A DNA stretch of 51,445 nucleotides from an uncultured Chloroflexia bacterium (GTDB lineage: Bacteria > Chloroflexota > Limnocylindria > Limnocylindrales > CSP1-4): NCBI GenBank assembly GCA_963712745.1, contig CAVQJC010000019.1, forward strand, positions 1 through 51,445, read 5' to 3'. Shown here piece by piece: positions 42,401 to 51,445 of this stretch (position 1 is its first letter; every line of letters starts with the position of its first letter). A program made the translations under genes and the position numbers. The notes below the pieces were generated by a model, which did not search any database, had not been told where the DNA came from, and saw only the letters and a list, made by a program, of their open reading frames with translations.

Positions 42401-42793
42401 GCTGCCTACGATGACTGGGACGCGGCTGCGGCCGTTGGCGACCTGGCGCGCCGGGCTGGCAGCAGCGATGCCCGGGCCTGGCGCGCGGCCGAACTGGCCC
42501 GATCGCTACTGGCCGTAAGACCTGGTGACCTGACCGGCGCGGCCGACCGCGACGGTCTGCCGCTGTCCTGGTTCGAGTCGGCGGCTGTGCGGGCTGCCAC
42601 CGGTTGGAACGAGTGGGAGGGCCGTACGTTCATCTCGCAGGAGGCCTGGGACGAGTTCGTGGATGCCGTCGCCGAGCGCGAGATGCTGCTCGACCTGCCG
42701 GGTGCCAGCAGCGCCGCCTCCGAGCTCCGCCGCCGCGCGGCCGCCGCCAGCTACCGACTCGAACCCGCTGCCGGTCCCTCAGCACAGGCATGA
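39467..42793 (+). CDS. Large alpha-amylase family (GH13) glycoside hydrolase
   Basis: Motifs DMVPNH, WNDTAQLDY, RFDAAM, LAEAFW, FMNNPDE and LPGLPMFGHGQ. Start inferred from TG-T-TATCGT-N7-ATG; GTG 39443 is an alternative. Confidence 0.9.
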   Translation: MDLRLDFRIARPARDRYGFDENLFSSDGDVIVFDAARALSLAERFVDEDADRARVASEIAAIGLIHELGHRAVAVERRGDPGGGGPLARGLGALDGRLGETAVDSGLATYEATFPALPVYREEVDVEEWLARAKGDVPGREAALEELALTSIAARNPAAAAYRELTSHPSLNQSAQRQLLDGLSGAELDPADPDLERKAPARPLWARLNEPIEAAPQSLGAQLRWIRIHWAGWLDDADLLHIDRQLGLLDEIDRAAWMKARRSPGGGTAEAAALSGFGAFDEEPEAFSADRDWMAELVLVAKSTYVWLSQLSRDYGREISRLDQVPDEELDELRSRGFTGLWLIGIWERSAASRKIKQWRGNPEAMASAYSVADYRIAGELGGDGAWANLRERAEARGIRLAADMVPNHMGIDSTWVMEHPERFISSPYPPFESYSFSGDDLSSDERVVIQLEDHYWDSSDAAVVFKRIDKATGDERYIYHGNDGTSFPWNDTAQLDYLRAEVREAVIGQILEVARHFSVIRFDAAMVLARRHIQRLWYPQPGHEAGIPSRAAAAVPAHELRRLMPQEFWREVVDRVAAEVPDTLLLAEAFWLMEGYFVRTLGMHRVYNSAFMHMLRDEKNAQYQQVIRETVSFDARILGRYVNFMNNPDERSAIDQFGSDDKYFGVATLLATLPGLPMFGHGQFEGYSEQYGMEFRRPQRDEWPDGGLIERHHRQISPLLHERWRFSGATGFRQLTALEGGAATPDVFVYANQAAKGPRGAPERRSLVVYLNRYPRAHVRIPGVADALDLGHDPDGFLILHDQRSGLGYLRQIADLRQHGLELSLDGYGCHVFLGFEEVSDASGAGWAELAQRVGLAGIPDAHTALRRMRDEPVREAVAAVFTTRLAQEAFLPEPAGDPDTHAGADASRAALDAAMERLATAAGAPGDTLSMAYDTAGSLIRVRQVRPRLLAQALAGWILASAIGDLACDGDMARTVAAYDDWDAAAAVGDLARRAGSSDARAWRAAELARSLLAVRPGDLTGAADRDGLPLSWFESAAVRAATGWNEWEGRTFISQEAWDEFVDAVAEREMLLDLPGASSAASELRRRAAAASYRLEPAAGPSAQA

Positions 42794-43494
42794 GCAGCGA
42801 TCGCCTCGGCGATCTGGTCGCTGACATCACATCCTGCCGGCGCTGCCCGCGCCTGGTGGAGTGGCGCGAAGAGGTGTCGCTCACCAAGGTCGCACGCCAC
42901 CGCGACTCGGTCTACTGGGGCCGGCCCGTGCCCGGCTTCGGCGACCCCCGCGCCCGCCTGCTGCTGGTCGGTCTGGCGCCGGCCGCGCACGGTGGCAATC
43001 GCACCGGGCGCGTGTTCACCGGCGACAACCCGGGCGGCTCGGGCGAGCTCCTCTTCGAGGCGCTCCACCATGCCAGGTACTCACCTTGGCCGCGCTCGTT
43101 GAGTCCTGCTGACGGACTGCGCCTCGATGATGCCTACATCGCTGCCGTGAATCGTTGCGCTCCGCCGGCCAACAAGCCCACTACCACCGAGCGGAACGAA
43201 TGCCTGCCGTTCCTCGCACGCGAGCTGCGGCTGCTCCGTTCCGTCCGGGTCGTGCTCGCTCTGGGTGGTTACGCCTGGGATGCGGTGCTGCGCGTGTTGG
43301 CCGCAGAAGGGCACACGGTCAAGCCCAAGCCGCGCTTCGGTCACGGTGCCGAGGCGCTCGTCGGGCCGTACGTCATCCTGGGCTGCTACCACCCCAGCCA
43401 GCAGAACACCTTCACCGGCCGCCTGACGATGGCCATGCTCGAGGTGATGCTGGCGCGGGCCAGGACGCTTGCGGAGCGTGGCGTTACCGAATGA
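42790..43494 (+). CDS. Uracil-DNA glycosylase, family 5 (UdgB-like)
   Basis: Motifs CRRCPRL, GLAPAAHGGNRTGRVFTGD, RCAPPANKP and YHPSQQNTFTG. ATGA overlap with the upstream gene. Confidence 0.92.
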   Translation: MSSDRLGDLVADITSCRRCPRLVEWREEVSLTKVARHRDSVYWGRPVPGFGDPRARLLLVGLAPAAHGGNRTGRVFTGDNPGGSGELLFEALHHARYSPWPRSLSPADGLRLDDAYIAAVNRCAPPANKPTTTERNECLPFLARELRLLRSVRVVLALGGYAWDAVLRVLAAEGHTVKPKPRFGHGAEALVGPYVILGCYHPSQQNTFTGRLTMAMLEVMLARARTLAERGVTE

Positions 43495-43515
43495 TTCGAG
43501 GCTGACATTCGGTCA

Positions 43516-44460
43516 GCCGAAGCCGGCCAGGCCGGCGACACCTGCCCCATGGGCGAGGCCGGCTTCTGCTTCGGCCCCACCGGCGCGGTCACCCGCGTCA
43601 GCGAGGGAAGCGCCGAGCGCATCGCCGAGGCCCTGCCTTCCGCCGGCAGCGGGCCTGAGGCGGTGGGCCCCAGCGACATCGTCCTCGACGAGGATGGTTC
43701 GTACTACGTCGTGGTCAATCACGGTGGAGATCCCGCCGAGCGCGGGGAGGGTGACCTCAGCGGCTGGCTGCTCAAGCTCGATGCCGAGGGCAACGTCGAG
43801 CCGGTCGTCGACGTGGCTGCCTTCGAAACGGACATTGACCCGATGCCGAGTTCTCGATGGGTGTGCTCGACACTGACCCGCAGTCGATCGCCAGCTATGA
43901 GGACGGCCTCCTCGTGGCTGACGCCGGCGGCAACTCGCTCCTCTCGGTCGACGGCTCCGGCACCGTCTCGCTGGTGGCGGTCTTCCCGCCGGCGATGCAG
44001 GAGTTCCCTGCGGAGATGCTGGCGGCCATGGGCCCGCCGCCCGACGCCGATGGCGAGATGGCCCCTGAGGGCGAAGCTATGGCCGAGGGAGAGGAGATGG
44101 CTCCCGAGGGCGACGAGATGGCCGAAAGTGATGAGATGCCGGCCGACGGCGCCTCCGTCATGGTTCCGATGCCCGTCGAGACGGTGCCTACCACCGTCGT
44201 CGTCGGCCCCGACGGCGCCTACTACGTGGGCCAGCTCACCGGCTTTCCCTTCCCGGTCGGCGGCGCTTCCGTCTACCGGGTCGCGCCCGGCGGCGAGCCC
44301 GAGGTGTACGCCAGCGGCTTCACCAACATCATCGATATCGGCTTCGGCCCGGACGAAACGCTCTACCTGGCCGAGATCGTCCATGACGGCCTGATCGGTA
44401 TGTTCAGCGGCGTGGCCCCACCCATCGGCGCGGTCCTGGCTGTGCCCCCCGGCGGGCGCC
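43516..44460 (+). pseudogene. ScyD/ScyE-like beta-propeller protein remnant, frameshifted and apparently truncated at both ends
   Basis: AEAG..C..CFGPTG, then a frame change near 43850 to VADAGGNSLL, VPTTVVVGPDGAYYVGQLTGFPFP and SGFTNIIDIGFGPD. No signal peptide; homology-like sequence ends at the convergent gene. Confidence 0.7.
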
Positions 44461-44465
44461 GAGAC

Positions 44466-45320
44466 CTAGCCGGCCAGGTGGCGGAAGTTGGGCCAGAGCG
44501 AGAGGTCGAGGTCGGGCTCCATCGCGAGCAGCTCGCGCACGTCGCCCTCGAATGATGCCGCCAGATCGGGGGACTCGTCGAGCACCGCAGGCGAGGGCCG
44601 TTCGGCGCTGACGTTGAAGGCCTGGCCCAGCAGCTCCGGCGGCGGGGTCCATATCGGCAGCCCCAGGAAGTCGAGGGTCCGGGCATATTCGCCAGCAGCA
44701 TCGGCCAGGCACTTCTCGAACTGCAGGATGAGCAATCTGTCCCGCCCGAAGGCTTCGATGTAGGGCCGCAGCCCGAAGGCGTAGAACGAGCGCTCCAGGG
44801 CGTCCTTGCGTCCGGCCCACAGGTTCATGCGCTTGCCGCGCCGCCGCTTGACCTTCTGCCAGTGGCCCACGCCCGAGCGATAGCGCTCGACCGGGTCGCG
44901 CAGCAGCACCAGCAGCTTGGCCTCCGGTGCCAGCACCTTCATGGCCTCGATGACGGCAGGATCGTTGAGGTAGGCCGGCGTCCACTCGCCGATGGTCTTG
45001 CCCTCTGGCCGCGGGAAATAGCGGTAGTAGGCCTCGCGGTCCTCGTCGAACAACGGCCGCCAGCCGTAGCGACTGAGCTGGTGCGTCTCCTTGGGCTCGT
45101 TGACGATGACGTCGGGGTGGTGGGTGATGAGCTTCCACCAGCGCGTCGTACCGGCCTTCTGGACCCCGATGCCGATATAGTCGGGTGGACCCAGCCGCCA
45201 GCCTTCCTGCAGCGGCAGCGGCGGCTTGCCTGTACGGTTTCGCGGCTGGCCCACCGAGTTGGGCGCCCCTCCCGGTGGCCGCGGGCGGACGATGCGCCGG
45301 ATACGTCGCTTGATGTCCAT
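44466..45320 (-). CDS. PAPS-dependent sulfotransferase
   Basis: 5'-PSB motif IGVQKAGTT, plus KETH, GEWTPAY and the 3'-PB motif LRDPVERYRS. Confidence 0.9.
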   Translation of the reverse strand: MDIKRRIRRIVRPRPPGGAPNSVGQPRNRTGKPPLPLQEGWRLGPPDYIGIGVQKAGTTRWWKLITHHPDVIVNEPKETHQLSRYGWRPLFDEDREAYYRYFPRPEGKTIGEWTPAYLNDPAVIEAMKVLAPEAKLLVLLRDPVERYRSGVGHWQKVKRRRGKRMNLWAGRKDALERSFYAFGLRPYIEAFGRDRLLILQFEKCLADAAGEYARTLDFLGLPIWTPPPELLGQAFNVSAERPSPAVLDESPDLAASFEGDVRELLAMEPDLDLSLWPNFRHLAG

Positions 45321-45387
45321 CGGCGCGAGTGTGACACGACCGCCCCTCGGCGCGCCCCTGCGTCCGCGTCCCTAGACTCGGAGGCGA

Positions 45388-46689
45388 ATGCACCGAGTCC
45401 ACACCATCACCGGTTTGCTGCGACGCAACCCGGACTTTGCCCGCCTCTACCTGGCCCTGCTCGTCGCCTTCGCGGCTGACTGGTTCGCTACGGTGGCGCT
45501 CATCGACCTCGTCCTGGAGACGACCGACTCGACCGCAGCGGCCTCGCTCATGCTCGTGCTGCAGATGGCGCCGTTCCTGGTGGCCACGCCCATCGCGGGC
45601 ATGCTCGCGGACCGCTTCGACCGACGCCTGATGCTGGCCGGCGCCAACTTCGCCCGCGGCATCGTCTGTATCGGCCTGCTCTTCGCGGTCGACGCCGACA
45701 GCGTCTGGATCGCCTTCGCGGTGGTGGCGTTGCTGGCCTTCGGCGCAGCGTTCTTCGAGCCCACCGTGAGTGCCTCCCTGCCGAACCTCGTCGACCGCCA
45801 AGACTTGCCCACGGCCAACGCCCTCATCGGCTCGGCCTGGGGCACGATGGTCGCCTTCGGCGCCGCCATCGGCGGGGTCGTGGCCGCCACCGTCGGTCGT
45901 GAGGTCACGTTCCTCATGTACCCAGTGCTGTTCTTCGTCTCGGGTGCGCTGGTGTGGTCGGTCAAGCGCTCGCTGCGCGAGCCCGACTCGGTGACCCCGG
46001 AGGAGGCCCCTCACGGCATCAGCGGCCTCATCTCGACCGTCACCGAGACGCTGGCCCTGGCCCGGCGCGACCATGCCGTGGCCTCGCTGCTGCTGACCAA
46101 GCCCACCTTCGGCGTGGCGACCGGCATCGTGCATATGCTGGCCATCACCAGCGACGACATCTGGGGCGCCGGCCAGCTGGGCGTGGGCATCCTCTTCGCG
46201 GCTCGCGGCCTGGGGGCGCTGGTGGGGCCGTTCGCGGCACGCACCTTCGCCACCGACGACATGGGCCGACTCCTGCGTGGCGTCAGCCTCTCCTTCGTCA
46301 TCTATCTCGTGGGCTATGCGCTGCTGCCGCTCTCGCCGGTCATCTGGGCGGCTGCCGTGTTCGTCTTCATCGGCCACCTCGGCGGCGGGGCGCAGTGGAC
46401 CCTCTCGTCGTTCGGGCTCCAGCGCACCACGCCGGACCGCATCCGCGGCCGCGTCTTCGCCGTCGACTTCGGCCTGGCCCTGGCCGTCTCGTCGGTCTCG
46501 ACGCTGGCCGCCGGCGCCCTCGCGGGCACCATCGGCCCGCTGCCGACGCTCTACGTGATGCTGGGCGCTATGGCTGTGACCGTGGCCCTCTGGTTCTGGT
46601 GGACAGGGCCCATCCGGCGCGCCCCCCGGGCTCCCGAACCCGTCCCCGACGAGCCGCCGCCACACGCCACGCCCGAACCACCCATCTGA
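45388..46689 (+). CDS. Major facilitator superfamily transporter
   Basis: About 12 TM segments; motifs GMLADRFDRR and RGRVFA. Confidence 0.92.
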   Translation: MHRVHTITGLLRRNPDFARLYLALLVAFAADWFATVALIDLVLETTDSTAAASLMLVLQMAPFLVATPIAGMLADRFDRRLMLAGANFARGIVCIGLLFAVDADSVWIAFAVVALLAFGAAFFEPTVSASLPNLVDRQDLPTANALIGSAWGTMVAFGAAIGGVVAATVGREVTFLMYPVLFFVSGALVWSVKRSLREPDSVTPEEAPHGISGLISTVTETLALARRDHAVASLLLTKPTFGVATGIVHMLAITSDDIWGAGQLGVGILFAARGLGALVGPFAARTFATDDMGRLLRGVSLSFVIYLVGYALLPLSPVIWAAAVFVFIGHLGGGAQWTLSSFGLQRTTPDRIRGRVFAVDFGLALAVSSVSTLAAGALAGTIGPLPTLYVMLGAMAVTVALWFWWTGPIRRAPRAPEPVPDEPPPHATPEPPI

Positions 46690-46730
46690 GCCGCGAGCCG
46701 GTGCCGGCGACCCAGGCCCGCGCCATGCAC

Positions 46731-46775
46731 CGATAGTCAATGTGTCGTAGACTGTCGATTACTTATTGACTATCG
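46731..46775. promoter_or_regulatory. Inverted repeat (putative MarR operator) flanking a TAGACT -10
   Basis: CGATAGTCAAT (46731-46741), 23 nt, ATTGACTATCG (46765-46775); TAGACT at 46748-46753. Confidence 0.65.
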
Positions 46776-46783
46776 TTAGGGCA

Positions 46784-47280
46784 TTGAGCGACCACTTGCA
46801 CACCGACCGTATCGACCACACCGACGCCGCCGCCCAGCGGCTCGGAACGCTGATGCACCAGTTGCGCGGACTGGCCGGGCCATCGCCGGAGGACCTGGTG
46901 GGTATCGACCTGCCGCGTCACCAATTGCGGGCGCTCTTCATCGTGTCGCGGCATGGACCGCTGACCGTAGGCCGGCTGGCGGAAGCCACCCACGCCAGCC
47001 TGGCCAGCACGTCGGCGCTCACCGAGCGCCTGGTCAAGTCGGGCCACGTCCAGCGCCGCGCCGACCCCGACGACCGGCGCAAGGTCCTGCTTCTGGTCAC
47101 GAAGAAGGGGAGCGAGGTCGTCGATCAGCTGGCGACCCGTTTCCACGCCCGTTTCGACCGGCTCGTGGTGGCCATGAGCTCCGAGGGCCGCAAGGCGCTC
47201 GAGATCGGGCTCACCGACATGATTCGCGCTGCCGACGGACTCGGCCTGCTGCCCCACATCGACGATCACGGAGATGCCCG

Positions 47281-47284
<4 letters not shown>
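46784..47284 (+). CDS. MarR-family transcriptional regulator
   Basis: Motif QLRAL..GPLTVGRLA..LTERLVKSGHVQR..DPDDRR. Start uncertain (46766, 46784 or 46853). Confidence 0.88.
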
Positions 47285-48272
<988 letters not shown>

Positions 48273-48273
<1 letters not shown>

Positions 48274-49073
48274 TGATGCAGTCAGAGATCCTTCGAGGCA
48301 CCTGGGTCGTCGCCTATCGCGAGCTCCTCCGCTATGTCACCGAGCGCTCGCGTATCGTCAGCTCGCTGGCCATGCCTCTGCTCCTCCTCGTCGTCTTCGG
48401 GGCGGGCTTCACCAACGTCATCGGCGGCATGGCGCCGGGGATCGACTACCTGCAGTTCATGTATCCCGGCATCATCGCGATAACCGTGCTCACCACATCC
48501 CTCTTCGCGGGCATCTCGGTGGTCTGGGACCGCGAATACGGCTTCCTGCGGGAGATACTGGTGGCGCCCATCGCGCGCACGGGTATCGTCCTGGGCAAGG
48601 CCATCGGGGCCACGCTCCAGGCCTCGATCCAGGTGGCGCTGATGCTCATCCTCGCGCCGTTGCTCGGCGTCGAGCTCAACCTGGGCATCGTCCTGGGGCT
48701 GATCCCCATGATCATCATCCTCTCGCTGGGCCTGGCCGGGCTGGGCATCTTCATGGCCTCGTTCATGCGCTCCCAGCAGGGCTTCCAGACGATGATGCAG
48801 ATCATCATCTTCCCGCTCATCTTCCTCGCTGGCGTGTTCTTCCCCGTCAACAACGTGCCGGTGTGGATGGAGGTCATCAGCAAGGTCAACCCGCTGACCT
48901 ACGGTGTCGATGCGGTCCGCCAGGTCTTCCTCGGCACTGAAGCCAGTGCCGCCGGGCTGGGCGTGACCATCGGCGACCACACCTTCACCATGGGCCAGGA
49001 CGTCCTGGTGGTGGCCATCATGAGCACGATCTCGCTCTCCGCCGCGGTCTGGGCCTTCAACCGCCAGGAGTAG
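48273..49073 (+). CDS. ABC-2 exporter permease (DrrB-like)
   Basis: Motifs DREYGFLREILVAP, LAGVFFP and NPLTYGVD. Confidence 0.93.
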
Positions 49074-49113
49074 CTGGCGGGCACTGGTCGCTCACGCGCA
49101 CCGGGCACGACGG

Positions 49114-49154
49114 CGAACGGCGTCCGCTCCCGCGAGGGAACGGATCGCCGTTCG
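49114..49154. terminator. Hairpin between convergent permease genes
   Basis: CGAACGGCG-TCCG-C-TCCC-GCGA-GGGA-A-CGGA-T-CGCCGTTCG, with a GNRA loop. Confidence 0.55.
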
Positions 49155-49167
49155 ATGTGGTCGCGGT

Positions 49168-50001
49168 TCAGGCGGCGATGTCGCGTCGCTTGAAGAGGTA
49201 CACGCTCGCTACCAGCGGCACCACCGCCAGGATCGCCAGCAGCGCAGCGGATGCCCAGTCGATGCCGTTCGTCATCGGGTCGGTGCCGATGAAGTGATGC
49301 CACGGCGAGAGCCACACCAGGTCGGCGATGGGGTCTGCCAGCGGTACGAAGCTGGACCAGGCGTACGCCACCACGGCCGCGAGCATGGCCACGAGGATGG
49401 CCAGCACGCCGCGCCCGGTCACGATCGAGACGACCATCGCCAGGCCGCCGACGGCGCACGAAAGCAGCGTCAGCATGAGGCCGATGGCGAACACGTCGCC
49501 AGCCCCGAGCTCGACCCCCGCCGCCACCACGCCAAGGATGACGCCGAGGCTGAGGATCGCCACGGCAGCGACCACATGGACGACCATGGCCACGATCTTG
49601 TCGATGGCCAGTCGCGTGCGGCGCGTGGGGGTCGACATCACCAGGCCCAGGGTCCGGTTCTCCATCTCGCCACCGAACGCGCGCGCGGCCGAGGACGCAG
49701 CCACGAACATGACCGCGAACGGGAACACGATCGAGTACATCTCGCCCGTGAACCAGCCGGCCGGTGTGGCCATGTCCACGCCGCCGGCGATGGACATGAT
49801 CTCGGCGGGCATCTGCGCCAGCATCTCGGTGAGGACGTCCTCGAGCGCGAGGTACATGGGCCCCATCACGAAGCCCATACCCCCACCAGCGGCCCCCACC
49901 AGCAACGCCAGCAGCAGCCGGTCGGAGATGGCCTTGGTCAGGGTGTTGGTCAAAGCGAAGCGCCGGTAGCCGCGCACGCCCTGGAGTGCGTTGGTGGTCA
50001 C
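49168..50001 (-). CDS. ABC-2 type exporter permease
   Basis: About 6 TM segments; motifs GEMENRTLGLVMSTP, LSPWH and FKRRDI. Confidence 0.88.
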   Translation of the reverse strand: MTTNALQGVRGYRRFALTNTLTKAISDRLLLALLVGAAGGGMGFVMGPMYLALEDVLTEMLAQMPAEIMSIAGGVDMATPAGWFTGEMYSIVFPFAVMFVAASSAARAFGGEMENRTLGLVMSTPTRRTRLAIDKIVAMVVHVVAAVAILSLGVILGVVAAGVELGAGDVFAIGLMLTLLSCAVGGLAMVVSIVTGRGVLAILVAMLAAVVAYAWSSFVPLADPIADLVWLSPWHHFIGTDPMTNGIDWASAALLAILAVVPLVASVYLFKRRDIAA

Positions 50002-50005
50002 GTGA

Positions 50006-50806
50006 CTATCCCTTCAGGTCGCGCCGGTCGAGCGTGTATGCGCCCATACCGAACAGCGCGGCCGCGATGACGACGGCGATGCCGAGCAGGATCGGGTCCA
50101 GGCCCTCGTACAGCGCCTCGGCGCCGGTGTAGAGGTACCACGGTGTGAGGCGGGCGAGTTCGGCGAGATCCTCCACGACCGGCACCATCGTGGTCACGAA
50201 GTACGAGACCAGGGCGAGGCCGGCCGCCACCCCGATGCCCACTGCGGATGAGCCACGCCAGGCGCTGATACCCAGCGACAGTGCACCGAAGAGGAGGACC
50301 ATGCCCACGAGCTGGACACTCGAGGAGAAGGCGTCGTGGCCGGAGATGTCCAGGCCGAACAGGCCGGAGAACACCACCATGCCCAGCCACATGGCCGCGG
50401 TGATGACGACCACGCCGATGGCGACCACGATGGTCTTGGCCACAAGGATGGAGCGCCGCCGCAGCGGGCTCGAGAGCAGGAGTGGCAACGTCCTCGACTC
50501 CTCCTCGCCGACCGCGGCACTGGCGCCCAGCCCGATGGCGTAGCTCAGCAGCACGATCGGTCCCATCAGCGAATACATGCCGGCCATGGCCATGCCGGCA
50601 GCGGTGCCATCCTGCTGGCCATAGATGTTGGCCAGCGCCTCCGGAAAATCGTCGAGCATCGTCACGTAGGCGTCACCCGCGGTGCTCATGACGGCCACGT
50701 AGAACGCGCCGATGATGATCAGCGCAAGGATGGCGATGACCGTCCACAGGAGCCAGTCGCGGATGGTCTTGGTGAAGACGTTGGTGAGGAGTCGGTCACG
50801 CAACAT
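50006..50806 (-). CDS. ABC-2 type exporter permease (paralogue)
   Basis: Motifs GEEESRTLPLLLSSP, LTPWY and LDRRDL. ATG 50806 overlaps the ATPase stop. Confidence 0.88.
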   Translation of the reverse strand: MLRDRLLTNVFTKTIRDWLLWTVIAILALIIIGAFYVAVMSTAGDAYVTMLDDFPEALANIYGQQDGTAAGMAMAGMYSLMGPIVLLSYAIGLGASAAVGEEESRTLPLLLSSPLRRRSILVAKTIVVAIGVVVITAAMWLGMVVFSGLFGLDISGHDAFSSSVQLVGMVLLFGALSLGISAWRGSSAVGIGVAAGLALVSYFVTTMVPVVEDLAELARLTPWYLYTGAEALYEGLDPILLGIAVVIAAALFGMGAYTLDRRDLKG

Positions 50807-51443
50807 CGTCGCCGTTCCCGTGGTAGTAGTCGAGGAAGATCTGCTCCAGATCGGCCTCGCGGCTGTTGACGTTGACGACGTTGTGTTCGATGGCCGCCCG
50901 CAACAGCGCGTTGACCGAGCCCTCGAATGAGACGACCACGGAGTTGCCGCGGGCCTCAGCCGAGCGCACCCCTGCCAGGGACGCGAAGACGGTCGCCTCG
51001 ACCGGCTCGTCGAACTCGAGGTCGATACGTCGGATGGCCTTGCGCTTGAGGGCGTCGACACGTTCGACCACCACGAGGTGCCCGTGGCGCAGGATGCCCA
51101 CGCGGTCGGCCACGCGCTCGACCTCGGCCAGGCTGTGGCTGGAGAGGAAGACCGTGCGACCGTCGTCGCGTACCTGGCGGATGAGCGTCTGCAGCTCCTG
51201 CTGCATCAGAGGGTCAAGGCCCGTGCTGGGCTCGTCGAGGATGACCAGCTCGGACTTGTTCATGAAGGCCTGGATGAGCCCGACCTTCTGCTTGTTGCCG
51301 GTCGAGAGCTCGCCCACCTTGCGCGTGAGGTCGACCTCCAGGCGCTCGCTCAGCTCGTTCACGTAGGCCTCGTCCACGCCGCCGCGGAGATTGGCCAGGT
51401 AGGTGATGTTCTCGGCACCGGTGAGCTTGGGATAGAGCGAGTA
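50796..51443 (-). CDS. ABC exporter ATPase; 5' end outside the window
   Basis: Motifs LSTGNKQKVG, LDEPSTGLDP, SSHSLAEVE and DLEQIFL. The frame stays open to the window edge. Confidence 0.92.
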   Translation of the reverse strand, partial: YSLYPKLTGAENITYLANLRGGVDEAYVNELSERLEVDLTRKVGELSTGNKQKVGLIQAFMNKSELVILDEPSTGLDPLMQQELQTLIRQVRDDGRTVFLSSHSLAEVERVADRVGILRHGHLVVVERVDALKRKAIRRIDLEFDEPVEATVFASLAGVRSAEARGNSVVVSFEGSVNALLRAAIEHNVVNVNSREADLEQIFLDYYHGNGDDVA

Positions 51444-51445
51444 CT

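Overview
High-GC bacterial chromosomal window; gene content and style suggest Chloroflexota or a deep-branching actinobacterium (inference only). It is mostly core and metabolic DNA, with no prophage, transposase, CRISPR array, rRNA or tRNA recognised. From left to right: a partial MidA-type methyltransferase; two SDRs with a split transketolase whose halves face each other; a hsp20-hspR-lon-dnaJ-clpB operon with a variant HAIR operator; a potassium cluster (phosphoesterase, two KimA/YdaO paralogues, Usp, two TrkA-like RCK proteins); rsmG with a long structured 6S-like leader and three DnaA-like boxes; CsoR with its operator; a Zn-ribbon/PD-(D/E)XK/hpt cluster; polar and branched-chain amino-acid ABC importers separated by a VNTR; a 42-aa lipoprotein; an NYN ribonuclease with a long RNase E-like disordered tail; holB and acyP; two stand-alone cNMP-binding proteins with a flavoprotein; a large GH13 enzyme; family-5 UDG; a ScyD/E-like remnant; a sulfotransferase; an MFS; and MarR with ABC-2 exporters. 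The best candidates for undescribed biology are the NYN scaffold RNase, the cNMP/pseudo-cNMP/flavoenzyme operon, the structured RNA before rsmG, and the dual-KimA cluster. Three single-base frameshifts at CCGG-like sites may be sequencing artefacts.
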